A DNA stretch of 64,000 nt, taken from assembly GCA_043228905.1 (NCBI GenBank), contig JBHGNT010000012.1:2294001-2358000 (forward strand). Direction: 5' to 3'. Made by a program: the position numbers and the translations under genes. How positions within the stretch are numbered: position 1 is the first letter of the stretch; every line of letters starts with the position of its first letter. Under the pieces are notes generated by a model. That model was not told where the DNA came from and did not search any database. It was given only the letters and a program-made list of their open reading frames with translations. This DNA comes from Azolla caroliniana (Eukaryota > Plantae > Polypodiophyta). Shown piece after piece: positions 1 to 13,300 of the stretch.

Positions 1-3000
1 TGTGATGAATGTCACCGATGTGGATGATAAAATAATTTTACGAGCACGACGAAACCACTTGCTGGAGGAATTTATGAACACAGCTGAAGATCCAAATGAG
101 GTTTGCATTAGCTCAATTTAAGGACTTAAAAATGATTTAAGGTTGCAGATCAAATAAATGCTTCTCATGTACTTTAGATGACTAAGAAGTCATCAGAAAA
201 GCTTTCAGTTTGAATATCATATCTACATTTTCTGTTTCACTTGGTCCTTTCCATGATGTAACATTGTTTTCTTTTTTAATTTTGACATACAACTTTTTCT
301 TTTGACATACGTGGTAATGAAGAATGTGATTTTAAATCTCCTCACATGCATATTTTATGACATGTTTGAGGCTTCATGTGTTTATTCTTTAACGAGTCCA
401 GACTTTGAGTATTGATGATTAGCGTGAAGATTACATATCTTTTTTCACAGCTATGCATGTATTTCCGTACTTCTTGAGATTTGCATACTGTAGGTGAATG
501 TTGACTCGTTACTTTCATGTTCATATGCATGTTTCAAATTCAGTCTTGTTTACTATAATAATTGTTTCTTCCCTCCTTTTTGTCCTATTTTGGATTTTCT
601 TTGCATTTGAAACTCATTAATTTCGAACTCTTGGAAAATTATGCGTTGGTAAACAAACATATTTGATAGATAAGCTACATCATTTGTTGGTATTGAAAAA
701 AAAAACCAAGGTTAGAATGTGAGCTCATGCGTCGTGTGAAATCTTGTTCTGGGACTGTAAATATATATCGAGTGCTGGAGTCTCTAGAGCTGAGTAATCT
801 ATATGCTATTCTATTGCACAATAATCTCGTCAAATTGGACTCCCACTCCCCCTGCTCTCCTAGAGTGTTGTTGATCCAGGTGTACTACATTGCATATGTA
901 GCTAATATTCACTTTGTTTTCTAAATTCTGAATGTAATGGGCAATCTGCAGTTAGGCATAAATTAGAGCCAACATTCCTCAGTGGTTTTCATCTTGTTTT
1001 GTCTGAGTAAGTTTTGAGTTGCCAGGGGCAAACTATTCGATTGGAATTCTTCTTTTTTGAACATTATTTATGTATTTACGTGTGTTTATATGTAATATTA
1101 AACTCTATTACCTTTTTGTGTAAGAAACGCTCATTTAGCATTCTGTATATGCAGGTGTTGAAAGAGCTTGAGCTTGCTTTTGATAAAGAGACGCGCAAGC
1201 AAGGAACTAAGGTATACACTTAGTGACTTGTTTTTCACATATTTGCTAACTTGTTTGTTAACTGTTTCAATTTCTCAATATTATATAGGTACAGGAGGCT
1301 AAAGATGAACTTTCAAAGGCCAATTCAAACAAGCAACGTCAAGAACTAGAAGATGTGAGTTTTTGTATTTTAATGTGAAATGCCTGATATATTTATATAT
1401 TGAGCTATACTTTTTATGCTAATCATATGAATTGGTTTACTATATCTAGGTTGATTATCATTTTTCCAAGCATCTGATGACATGCTCCTTGATCTAAATA
1501 TGTGCATGTTATAGGCTATAGCCATATAAAGATGCTGGTTCTTCTTATAGATTATTTTGTTTCCTTACTTTTCATACTTGATATCATTTCGGTTGCAGAA
1601 ATTGAAACAAGAGGAGTTAAAGCTAGAAAAACTAAATCAATCTTTTGCAAGTTTAAAAGTTAGGGAGGGCAGTATTGCCGGCCTCGATAAGAAGGAAGGA
1701 ATCCAAAAGCTAGTTGATGGAGGTGCCTCTGATGTTCTTGCATCACATCTTGATGACCTTAGGAAAGCTGAAATAACTGATTTGGCTATATTTCGTGCAC
1801 ATGCCGCCAAGTTAGTATTTGTTCTTGGCTCTTGTTTTTCAGTGGCTTTATATGCATCTTTTGCAAAATGTAAATGCTTTCCTACAAAGTGTTTCATGCT
1901 TCTATACCTTAATTTGTTCTTCACAATGTGACATTTCTCCTCAGTATCTTGTTAATTGTGACTAAGCAAATTTGTGATTCATTGTTTGTTCTTATCTGTT
2001 TGCAAATTGGATTATAAAGAGATTGCTCATAAATAACAATGGATGCAGATATGAGAAGGACTTCTTTGATGACATGCAAGTTCTGGGAGTTAAGCCTCCA
2101 GATGTGCTTACTAGAGTGACCGAGTTAGTGTCAATATTTATATTCTGCCTAGCCAAATTTTTAATTGAAGACATTGAATTGCTAATCTCTTGTAATCTGT
2201 TTTCTATTTCAGATATATAGATATTATCATCCGTTACATTGAAAAAATCATCGGAAGAGGCTTTGCATATGCTGCTGGTAACAGTGTCTACTTTGACACA
2301 AAAGCGTTCATGTAAGTATTTATGCATGCAGGAGTCTGCAAAATGATCAGTAATAATTACGGTTATTTAGTGATTTAACCAGTTCTATTCATAAACTATA
2401 CCATGGTTATCATTTTTGAAGATATAATCAATATTTATTCTGTCCTAGTGAAAGAATAATCATGTCATGATCCTATTTAGAAAAGATGAATGTTGCACAA
2501 TGTTATTCAGTGGTCTAGTGACTGATTAGCCTAGCATATCTTTGCCCTAGCTGCATCTTGTTTTGATGCAATTGGCGAAACGTTTATGTTTTATATACTC
2601 AAGAAAATTATGTTTTATTGTTATTAGTAGTATTATTTTTCCTGGAACCTTATGCTGATGCAAGTGTCAAGTATAAATTGAAGTGGGCTCTGACAGCAAC
2701 CATGTTTGTAGCACATTGATGATAAAGGGGAAGCATGTTTCTTGGCTAGGGGTAGCAAAATCTGTGGCAATGATGTACCTAGAAAACTTCGTGGATCAGT
2801 TGATAGAAGATATTCATAGAGGTTCATGCATCAAAATTCTTAGATAGAGGATATGAAGAACTTATTATGAAGTAAAAAAACCTATGTCTTTGATCCATCA
2901 TCATAGAATTCTTTTTTTTGTTGTACTTGTTATTCAGGGATGCTGGTCACACTTATGGAAAGCTCCAACCATGGGCTGTTGGCAGTTTAGGTTTAGCTTC

Positions 3001-6000
3001 TGAAAGTGAGTCTGATTTCTTGACAAAGGAAAAGAAGAACAACATTGATTTTGCGCTTTGGAAGGTATTACTCTATTTGCTCGATGCACCAATCCGTGCA
3101 TAGTTATTACCTTATGCAATAAGGTATGTGAACCAAAGTAAATCTGAATGTCCTATAGGCAAGTAAGGCTGGAGAACCATCTTGGTCCTCTCCATGGGGC
3201 CATGGACGACCTGGATGGCATATTGAATGTTCTGCAATGGCATCGGATATTATAGGATCTGTTATAGACATCCATTCTGGTGGAAGGTAATTATCAAGTA
3301 GAAAGTTCAGCATTTGAGAGTTTTTGTGATTAAGTAGAAGTCTGTTAATTCACATGGCCATATTAACACTTAGCTTTTGACATTGGTCATATTTAATTCG
3401 TAGGGATCTGATGTTTCCACATCATGACAATGAATTAGCACAAGCAGAGGCATACCATGATTGCTCACAGGTTCGTAGATTTTTACAGGAATTGGATGTT
3501 CTATTCATTGCTACTATATTTCTATATATCTGTATCTCACAGGCAAATCCTTTATTGTGGTAGTGGGTGAATTTTTTCATACACTCTGGACATCTGTCAA
3601 TTGAGGGTTTAAAGATGTCAAAATCTCTGAAGAACTTCATTACTATCAAAGATGTATGTATTATAAACACAGTTTGAGTTCAAGCATCCAGTTCTGTTTC
3701 TCTCTTAAATGACGTAGCTTGTTATCACTTGAATTTCCTTGTCAAAAGCATTTCGATACATTTAATGTATATTATGTTGTGGGATCAGGCTTTGAAGATG
3801 TATACACCAAGGCAGTTGAGGCTGTTATTCGTCTACCAAGCCTGGGACAAGGTATGCACTGCATAATCAGGCCAACTATGATGGGCTTCAGATGTGCTTC
3901 AGTTAAATTATAGCCCAAGCTTTATCTTGACATATTTCTCCCTCATTTTTTGGTGGATTTGTAGCCATTGAATTTTAGTGATTCTGTCATGAAAGAAGCT
4001 CTTACAAAAGAGAAGGACCTGCAAAGTTTCTTTAAGATTGTGAAGAACTATCTTCGAAAAGCAGTGAGCTAGTTTTATCATTTTCTAACAGCAAGCTTGT
4101 GTCATTCTGGTTTTCATATTTTATTGTTCAATAGTCTCTTAGCTATTTCCAAACACTACCATTATATTATCTGCAGGGAATGGATGGAAATACTTACGCA
4201 AAAGGGTTTGAAGGTCCTCAACTACTAGGAGAAGAAGAAAAAAAGTTGCGATATGCCTTAGAAGTGGCTGAATCTGAAGTGAGGCTATTTGTACAGCTCT
4301 CAATTTGCATTAGTTTCAAGAAATTTATAAATGGAGAGCATTATATTTCCAATGACAGGTTCAAGCAAGACTAGAAGATAACATTGACACAGGTGGTGCG
4401 CTTCTTGCACTCCTAAACTTGGCTAGTGCAGTGAACTCATTCGTTGATAAGACGGTAACATCTTGTATCTATTTGCCTTGTATCAAATTTAATTTTCTCT
4501 GATCAAATTATGCAACCTTGTTACGGTAATCCTCTTTAGCACAGAGAGGTACAGATCATTGTTCATGGTATGATTGTTTTGCACAGGTCATGTATGACCA
4601 TGCAGGATTGTTTTGAGAAATATTTAAAAGAAGTTTTGCTTTTCTTGCCTATAAACTCAATAATTCAGGGTTATAACTGAATCTGAAGGTATACAGGGAT
4701 CTGTTTTTGTATTTTCTCTGCAGAGAAATGAGAGCCCAAGACCTGCTTTTGTAAGGAAGTCTGCAGAATTCATCACTAAAATGTTGGTTATTTTTGGTAA
4801 GTGAAGATATCTTGTATTTGTGAAACTAAAAGTTACTCTTGCTAGATAATATTTATAATAGTACGTTTTGTTTTGTACAGGTCTTTCAGATGCTAGGGAA
4901 AACGAAATTGGATTTGGATTGGATGTTTCTGTTTCTTCTGGAAGTCAAGAAGCAATCTTGGTAATTGCCTGTTACGATGTCAAGTATTTTTTTAGATTAA
5001 AAAGATGTATTGATTAACAAACATTTTTGCAGACTCCTTACCTTGATGCCATAGCTGCTTTTAGGGATGAGGTCAGAGCTGCTGTTAAAGATGGTGTCTC
5101 AAAGGTGATCTACATTCTCAATTCTCTGCTTAGATCCTTAAATGCACATATATAGTTGCTGTGTATGAATTTCGGAATGCCCTATTCTGCAGGAAAAGAT
5201 CATGGATATTGCAGATAGAATCAGAGATTACACTATGGTTGATCTTGGAGTCAGGCTGGAAGATACTGCAAGTGGTTCCATTTGGGAACTCGTAGATCCA
5301 CAAGTACTGAGAAATCTCCGAGATGAAAAGATTCGTGAAGCCAAGGAGGCTAATCTAAGAAGTTTGCAATCAAAGCTGGAACGAAAGGTACCCTGTTTTA
5401 ATAGTGTACTTGAATTACAGGGCCAGTTTTCGTACCAATGATATTTGCCTTGTTTGTAACTTGGTAGTCATAAAACTAATGCAATTTTTGTATGGAATGG
5501 ATGATGTACTAAATGCTTTTTCTGATTGATTATTTTGGGGTTTCATTGATACATTTGTTTGCTTATGTAGCCCAAAATAATGTAACCCAAAAATAATCAA
5601 TAACATCCAATTATGTAGTCATTAATCATCTTATCAATGAGTGAGTGGATGTATATGAATGCAAGCTCAAAAGCAACAAAGTCTTCTGTATTATGCAACT
5701 GGCCTCTTAAATTCATTGAAAAGATTAGACCTTCAGTTGACAGTCTGTTAACATTCGTTAAAAGAGTAATTAGTGAATTCTTGTATAGAAAGTTTGTTTA
5801 TCATCCTATTTTTCAATTGTAGGTTAAAGATTTGGAAAAATATGAAGGAGCATTGGGAAATCCATCTGAATTCTTCATCAAGCAAAAAGCTGTGTATAGT
5901 GCTTTTGATGCGGAAGGTATTCCTACACACATTGCAGATGGTAAAGAACTTTCTAAAAAAGCTCGGAAGGTAATGGAATTTTTTTTGTGTTTATGATTCA

Positions 6001-6199
6001 CCATGTTTTTGGCTGCCAAGAATTTACTGTAGATATTTCTCCAATATAGGATGTCGAGAAGAAGATGAAAAAAGCTATTGAAGAACACATAGTAGTTAAA
6101 AGGAAGGTTGAAGAAAAAGAAATTAATTTGGATCAACTAAGGGCAGATATAGACAGTTTGCAGAAGCAAATTGATGAAGCTTCCAATCAATCAGTGTAA
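1..6199 (+). CDS. CARS1: Cysteinyl-tRNA synthetase, eukaryotic cytosolic type; 5'-truncated by the window, 20 exons visible
   Basis: Spliced by hand with GT-AG introns and consistent phases: <1-100, 1155-1211, 1289-1354, 1599-1810, 2049-2123, 2213-2311, 2938-3064, 3159-3286, 3404-3470, 3564-3653, 3789-3851, 3965-4063, 4177-4278, 4359-4454, 4724-4796, 4881-4960, 5033-5104, 5193-5387, 5823-5969, 6050-6199 (TAA). Motifs: [50 protein letters not shown], class I KMSKS (exon 3564-3653), anticodon-domain DRIRD...LGVRLED, and C-terminal [15 protein letters not shown]. Confidence 0.96.
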
Positions 6200-7350
6200 C
6201 TATATCAAGGAGTTATTTCAAATTTCACGAGTGTTTTTAAAGCTCCACTCATGATATGTAAAAGTTCAGCTGTACTATTGATTGAGCAGCTTGTGTTTCT
6301 GAGATTGAAAGTGTATATAAAGTCGGCTTGGTGTATGGGGTACCCAATATACCTTTATTCATCATATAAATTGAGAACAATTTGAGATTGGACTGATGAA
6401 ATTTTGATTTGTTGCGCATTTGCTTTTTGTTCTGAGGTTTTCAGCCTTGGTTCCTGTTACATCTTATGAATGATTATTAGCTTTTAATAAAAAGCTCCAA
6501 ATCAAATTATGTTTAGGAAGAATTATTTGCTTCTATTAAGTTCCAAATCAATTTTATTCTTATGATGATTTGTCTTCAATCAATGCATGTTCAGCTTGAT
6601 AGCATATACGTTAAATATAATAACACATTGTTTATACAACAGCTTGAAACAAGGTTGGGCTGCATCAAGTTAATGGCAGTTGCTTCACTGATGCACAAAA
6701 AAAACATGGGGAATCTTTTGGCAGATATTTATCAACATCTGGCTTCTCATTTCTGTGCAAAACAGATTCATTATGAGCGTGTATAATCCTTGAGTCACAG
6801 GAAAAAATGTGAACATCTTTGTAACTTGAACCTTAAGCTTGGAGATTTATTTGAACCTCCCTATTGTGGAACTTTGGATGTTCTTGTGATGTCTTTATTG
6901 GGCGAATGAGTTAATTGTCCAGTTACTTTACTGTGGGGTTCACTACATTAGCCATGGATATGCAAGTGAAAATTTATACTATCAAGTTCACTACGTTGGT
7001 ATGATTCTTCTTCCAATGTTTTTTAACAGCCCCTCTAATAGCATAGAGCAAAAGTTAAAATCACAAAAAGTTCCATGCTTGTGTAACACTGATTTCCCAG
7101 AATTTAGAAGAATGATTTTAGACACATGAACTTTACATTTTTCCATTTTTTGATATATACGTCATCTTAGACCTATTTTTCTATGTATAACTTCCCAGCT
7201 TCAATTGTGATGAGGCTTTCTCGGTCCCGAACTGGCATCTGTTGGAGCAACGAACTACCCCAGGATTAGCTTCGTTTTTTGCTTATTTCAATAAAATTTG
7301 ATAAAATGTTAATGTTGTTGCTTCAATACAACATCGAATAGATTCAAATT

Positions 7351-10300
7351 TTAAGCTCTTGTGAATTGTTTGCTATTCTGCACCTTGGAATTTCTCCTGT
7401 ACCTTGAAACAAAAAGTGCAAACACAAGCAGTACACTGAGCATCAAACTAACGCTCACCATTTTCAAATGGCCATTTACTAATTCAGCAATGCCATCTGC
7501 ACCATTACTAGATACTCGTAACTGTTGTCTTCGAAGTGTGATATTATCGACTGATTTCTCCTTGATAAAGAAGGATACTGTTGTGGTTTCTTCATCCACA
7601 TCTTTCTCATCATCCCTGTTCTCCTGAAAACCCGATGACTTATTTAAAGATACTTGTCCTTGGGCTAGAATCTGAGGTTCGAGTGTAAAATCCAGACGTG
7701 TCAAAATCTCTTCTTTAACATTAACCTTCACTGTATGGCTTTTATACCCGGACATACAGGCAGTGACTGAGAAAAACATTTTGTACATGATTAAAATCAC
7801 TCCAAGAAACTGAAATTTTCATGTGAATTAATGAGGAATAGAACCTTCATATTCATCCCCTGGAGTGAGCAGCCTATGATAGTCGCCATGATTCTTGCTT
7901 GCAAACACCTGGATATATCCAAAGAATTTCAATCAAATTTATAGTTTATCAAAATTCTCTGCAACAGGACTATCCCTATTACAAACTAACTATTTTACAT
8001 ATTTACAGTACTAATTTGTACAAGAAGTATTTAATCGTTGCAACAAATTTTATGAAGATCAATACATACAGTGAAATTGATACCCTTCACAGAAATACTT
8101 GCAGGAAGAGGCCTGCCATCTAAAGATGATACGACTCTCCCATGGATGCCATACTGTAATGATCATACATAGCTGTAAAAAGGAAATGATTAAGATAAAA
8201 ACAAGGAAAATCTTTTCAGAGTTCCTTTTACCTTCAGAACGCTTGCAATTAGCATTAGCATGCTAAGGCGATTTTGCTCCCAAATGTTTTCTATCTTCAA
8301 TTCAAAGAAATTAAATTAAAATAATGTTATCCAAAACATTACAATGATTATAATAAATTAAGAAAAATCTTGATAGAAAAGAATTAATGTCACTCATGAA
8401 TTCAATAAAACACTTGACAGAGTGAATCTTAGACAGTAACTCATTGGAAACAAGTAGAGGTTAACAAAGTTTGATTTCAAAGTGACACCTTGATCTATAC
8501 ATGGAGTACAATCAATCAAATGAGACACAAGAAAGATATGGGGGTTACCTCAGTTGCTAACGGCCATTTATCCTCAGTAATCTCCAATGTCAAATCCATG
8601 CACTGCCCATGGATATAATTCCAGTCTTGCATACCTCCATATAGAGGATACCTTCAGAAGAACAATATTTATCAGCTAAAGATATAGGCTTTAACAATAT
8701 CCTGAAAGTTTGCACGCACGTATTATAAAAATTTGTTAACAAAAATTAAAGCTCGGGCTAACTGGGAGATATGAATGCATAATAAAATATCTGCAATCTA
8801 CAAATCATCATAAGACTAATCTTAAAATTTGAGGTAACTGCATGAAATTGCGCTTATCAGTTACAGGTAACATACAGATCAGCACCTAAATAAGGGAGTT
8901 TAGAATATTTTAGAAGATGACCTAAATAACGAAATCATCAGGGAGTTTATATCATGGCATGCACAACGACATTAAGGAATGATGACATAAGTGCTAACAC
9001 CAATATTCTAGAAATTTCTAGAAAAACCTGATTTTTCTGTGCCTGGATCATGACTCATGAGGATAAAAAGAACTTGGGCTTTAACAAGTCTTTTGGAGAT
9101 AAACCTATATGCCCCATCCTCATTCCTGAACTTTGTCACTCTTCATCATTGTTCCTTGTGGACATGACTATGGTTGTTCTTCCTGAGTCCTTCATGTTGC
9201 CTATACCTACGATAGTTTTGGTTTCTTGGTGTTTTCAGAACTTTCCATCTGAACCTTCAAGGATTGGTTTTTCTTTTGCATCTTTAGAAGGTTACTAAAT
9301 GAGATTGAATCCATAAGTCCCTTCCCAGCATCTTGTTTTTTCTGAATTTCCACGTTTTTCGGTAGACCAATTTGGACTAATCTAGTTGATATCAATACTG
9401 GCCAATTTGTTGCAATGGAGCCAACTGTATTGTGACATTTTCACTTTAAGACAGTAGTAAATTAGTTTTCCAGATTCACAGCAATATGGTAATATGCTTT
9501 CTAATCAAGAGAGAAATAGAGAATAAAGCTAGAGAGCACAAACCATGCAGCCCCATTTGTAATACCCCCAGAAAATTCATTGCTCCTTGACATGTTAGCA
9601 TGGAAGGCACTGTAAATCTTGGCAAGGTGGCGGAAAGTCTTATCATCATCACACATGGAGTACTTTGTCCTACGAACATATGAAAATCTTTGAGATAAGG
9701 AAATCTAAGCATACAGACACATCACTAACTTCAGTTTTCAGTTTTGTATACCTTCCATCTGCAGTTCCATCCCACGGATAGTTTGCAACAATGGCACCCT
9801 AAAAACTTGTCCAAATTTAATATGCAGTTAATACTAAATGCACAACTAAAAAAGTGACATAGATGTAAACATAACAAATAGAAAAATACCCCATGCAAAC
9901 TTGCTGACGCCACAAAATGATTGCTCCTTGTCCAGTTCATAATGGCTATGGTCTCTGGTTGTCTTAGACTTTCATTATTATTTTGAGGGAAAAACTGCAT
10001 AGGACTTATACCTAACCTTTCAGCACTAAAAATATTTGAGGCATGATGCACAGCATTATATGAAATATCACGTAAATTCATTGTGATGACACCAGAATAG
10101 AATCAGTATCATCAGTCAAGAGAGATGCATTTCTTATTTTCTGATTTACATTACTGATCATTATAACATGAAACCCATGTCTAACGATTTATTTTGGGTT
10201 TATAACAAAATCAGTTTTTATGAAAGGCCAGAGAGAAAGAAAATCCTACCTGGTCTGGGAAATCACGATTTAAATCAATGTTCTTTGCATTATTACGAGA

Positions 10301-13300
10301 TCTGAGCTGGAATCCATCAGGATTCATAGATGGTAAAAGATGGAGATGTAGCCCATTGACAATGCTGGTAGCCTGAAAACAAGAACCAATAATACGAAAA
10401 CCAACATTCATTAGGAATTTTTTACCCTAATAAAAAATATACTGTGAGATGCTCAATGAAGCATTCAACAAATGAGATGAATATAACAAGTGCAATTCAT
10501 TTAATATTAGAACTCATGTTTGTTAAGTACTTGCCATGCACTTCACTTCCCATGCCTTTCCAATGACATCATTTTGGCAAATGAGCAAGAGGCAAAAAGG
10601 AAGAGATACAAAAACCTATTGGTCACAATAGCATGAAAGGGCCGCAAAAAATGTAAAAATAAATAAAGTCACTTTTGGTGCTCTTTTGAGCTGCTTCTTT
10701 ACTTTTTCGCTCTAGGTTAGGACTTAAACATTCATAATCTCTCTCTTTCCATCTCATTTATATCAAAGAGCTTAAGTCTTAAGTATTATATCAGCAGTAC
10801 TTAAGCTATCTTGTATTAGTGTGGATTAACTGAAGTCAACTACGTGTGGGGAATTCTCCAATTGTATTGGTGGTGTGTCACTTGATTGCACCTTCAAATG
10901 AATATAATTATCTCTTTACTGAGTATAGTAGAGAGCTTAATTATTCGTCCACTGAAGTGGCTCATACTTCTTTAGTGGTTGACACATGTTCTTATCCGGC
11001 TCACATCCAATAGGGTAGATGCCAGCTTGAATTCCCCCAACACAACCTCAATGTGAGAGAATTCTGCAAAGTAAGAAAAGCACTCAAAGTGACAACACTT
11101 CGGGGACAGTAAAATATTAAACACTTCTAACCAAGCCCATTATTCCATATTCCAAACCCTAAAGTAGTGTGGCAGCACTTGCAACCAAAACTTAACCACA
11201 ATAAAGCAGAGCAAAATATTCAGTACAATATCCTATCCATGGCCATCTTAGCATTTTAACTACCATATGATTAGAGGTATAAAATCCTCATATCACATTA
11301 GAATCTAACAAAGTGCACTTAACCAACATAGTCCCACCTGAAAAATGTTCACAAGTGACAGGAAAATCAAAATTTTCCAAGAAGAGAAAATCCTAACTCA
11401 CAAGTGGCTGCTTCTTATAGTTGTCACATAGCCAGTTCGCTAGAAGTAGCAGTAATTCGCGTCCAACAGGTTCATCCCCATGCAAATTCCCTACATACTG
11501 CTTAGAGAATCAGAACGTAGATGTTTATACAATGCAAGAACTCTACTGCAGTTGCATTCTTGTATGTAGTTCATTAACCTTGAATGCAGGTTCTGCTTCT
11601 GATTCCCCTGGCTTATCCGAAATTTCTAGTACCCACTGCATAATGGTATTTATAATCAGATTTTTCATTTGAAACTAAAAGAAAGTGAATGAAATGAATG
11701 CTTACCAATGGAAAACCCATGTGACTTCTTCCGATACTATGTATGAGATAGTACATCCAAGTGGTACAACCATGGACAAAGGTTGGAAAAAGAAGAAACA
11801 GAAATAGTTGTAAAAACAAGGGAAAGTACACAAAGATATATTATAGCTTTTAGTCTAGATATTTGTTTAGATAATAATGCAGGTGTTATAGATAATAGCA
11901 TTAGAAACTTTATAACAATCAACTAGGACTGACCAAGATGGTAATTAAAGTAAGGAAAACAAGGAGAGACAGTGGCACATGGAAGTATGCAATAAAGACA
12001 GTTTCATTCATCAAGTCAGAATGCCTTTAATGGAGAGATAAACTATCACTTTAATGAGTTAAGATGAAACCAAGTTTATTGAAAAATTTTAATTTTAACA
12101 AATATGAGCAAGTCTACATTTGAATGACACTCTTCAATCCAATATGATTCATAAAGCATCTCATTATTTCATTTCTCTAGTTAAAATGAAATAAAACTAG
12201 TTAAGCTTCGCCATTGTTTCTCTTTTTGAATTTTGATTTGATTCTAAAATCTATAAACACTAGCAAACTTATTCATGGTGGTTCTTACAAATTAAGTGTA
12301 TGTGCAAGTGAGTAAATGAATGAGTAAATGAGGACAACTTTAGTAGTGATGCAACTGACATTAGAGATGGAGGAGATATGGACATTTCCAAATGTCTTGT
12401 TAGATATAATCAATGATCAGCCCAAGTTGTAAATCTATCCCCATATGTGCTCTTAGAGTGCACATTTTGTGATAGTGCCCCAAATGAGGAGCGGCTATTG
12501 TGCAACCTGACCATATGGGTCGATATGGTGTTAATCTAGGAAACCGTAGATGCGTAGGACACAATGGATTTAGGAAAGAGCAAAACAGGTAATAGGATCA
12601 GCCAATCAAGTCAACTAGAATATTTTGTGGGCAAGTTACAATGTACTTAATCTTGAAGTATGTGCCATTGACTTCAAGATAAGTACTATCTAGCACTAGC
12701 CTGTATCTAGGGAGTTGGATCATATTAAATGACAAGTCAATTGACAGAAACGGAATATCTCCACTACTATCAACTGACATGCACATTTAATGTTACACTC
12801 AGACCAAACAGAGAATATAATCCACTCTCTTACACAGTGGTGTATTTATCATCAGTCACCACTAATTTTGCAGTGCGTTGGTCCAGATCCCATCTAAGCT
12901 CTAAGGTGTGAGTGCATGGGTGAACTACCATTGTGAGCTACTCTCATATGTAATAGAAGTTTTGTTTTCATATATCCATCTCTATGGTTGTAACTCTATA
13001 TACCTATCTAATCGATTCTCAATATTTCTAATATCGTATCAGAGCTGAGAGGTCAATCTAGATTAGGTATATACGGGTAGTTGCTGTCTAGCAGCACAGA
13101 GAAATAGAGAGAGTATTAATGGCCTTGTCCACGAATGTTGTGGCTGCTCCACTGCACATTTGTCCACCTCCATTGTCTGATGGAAAGCTAGATGGAACCA
13201 ACTACACTCTATGGAAGTTCAAAATGTCTGCCATTTTGGACTCCTACGAGTTGTTGGAGACAATCATGGGACCCACTAAAGGCAGCACGAGGATTAGGGT

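Noticed and set aside
10845-11042. TGTGGGGAATTC...GAATTCCCCCAACA bounded ~200-bp segment in a carboxypeptidase intron (solo LTR or MITE?)
   Set aside because: The termini are imperfect and there is no matching TSD.
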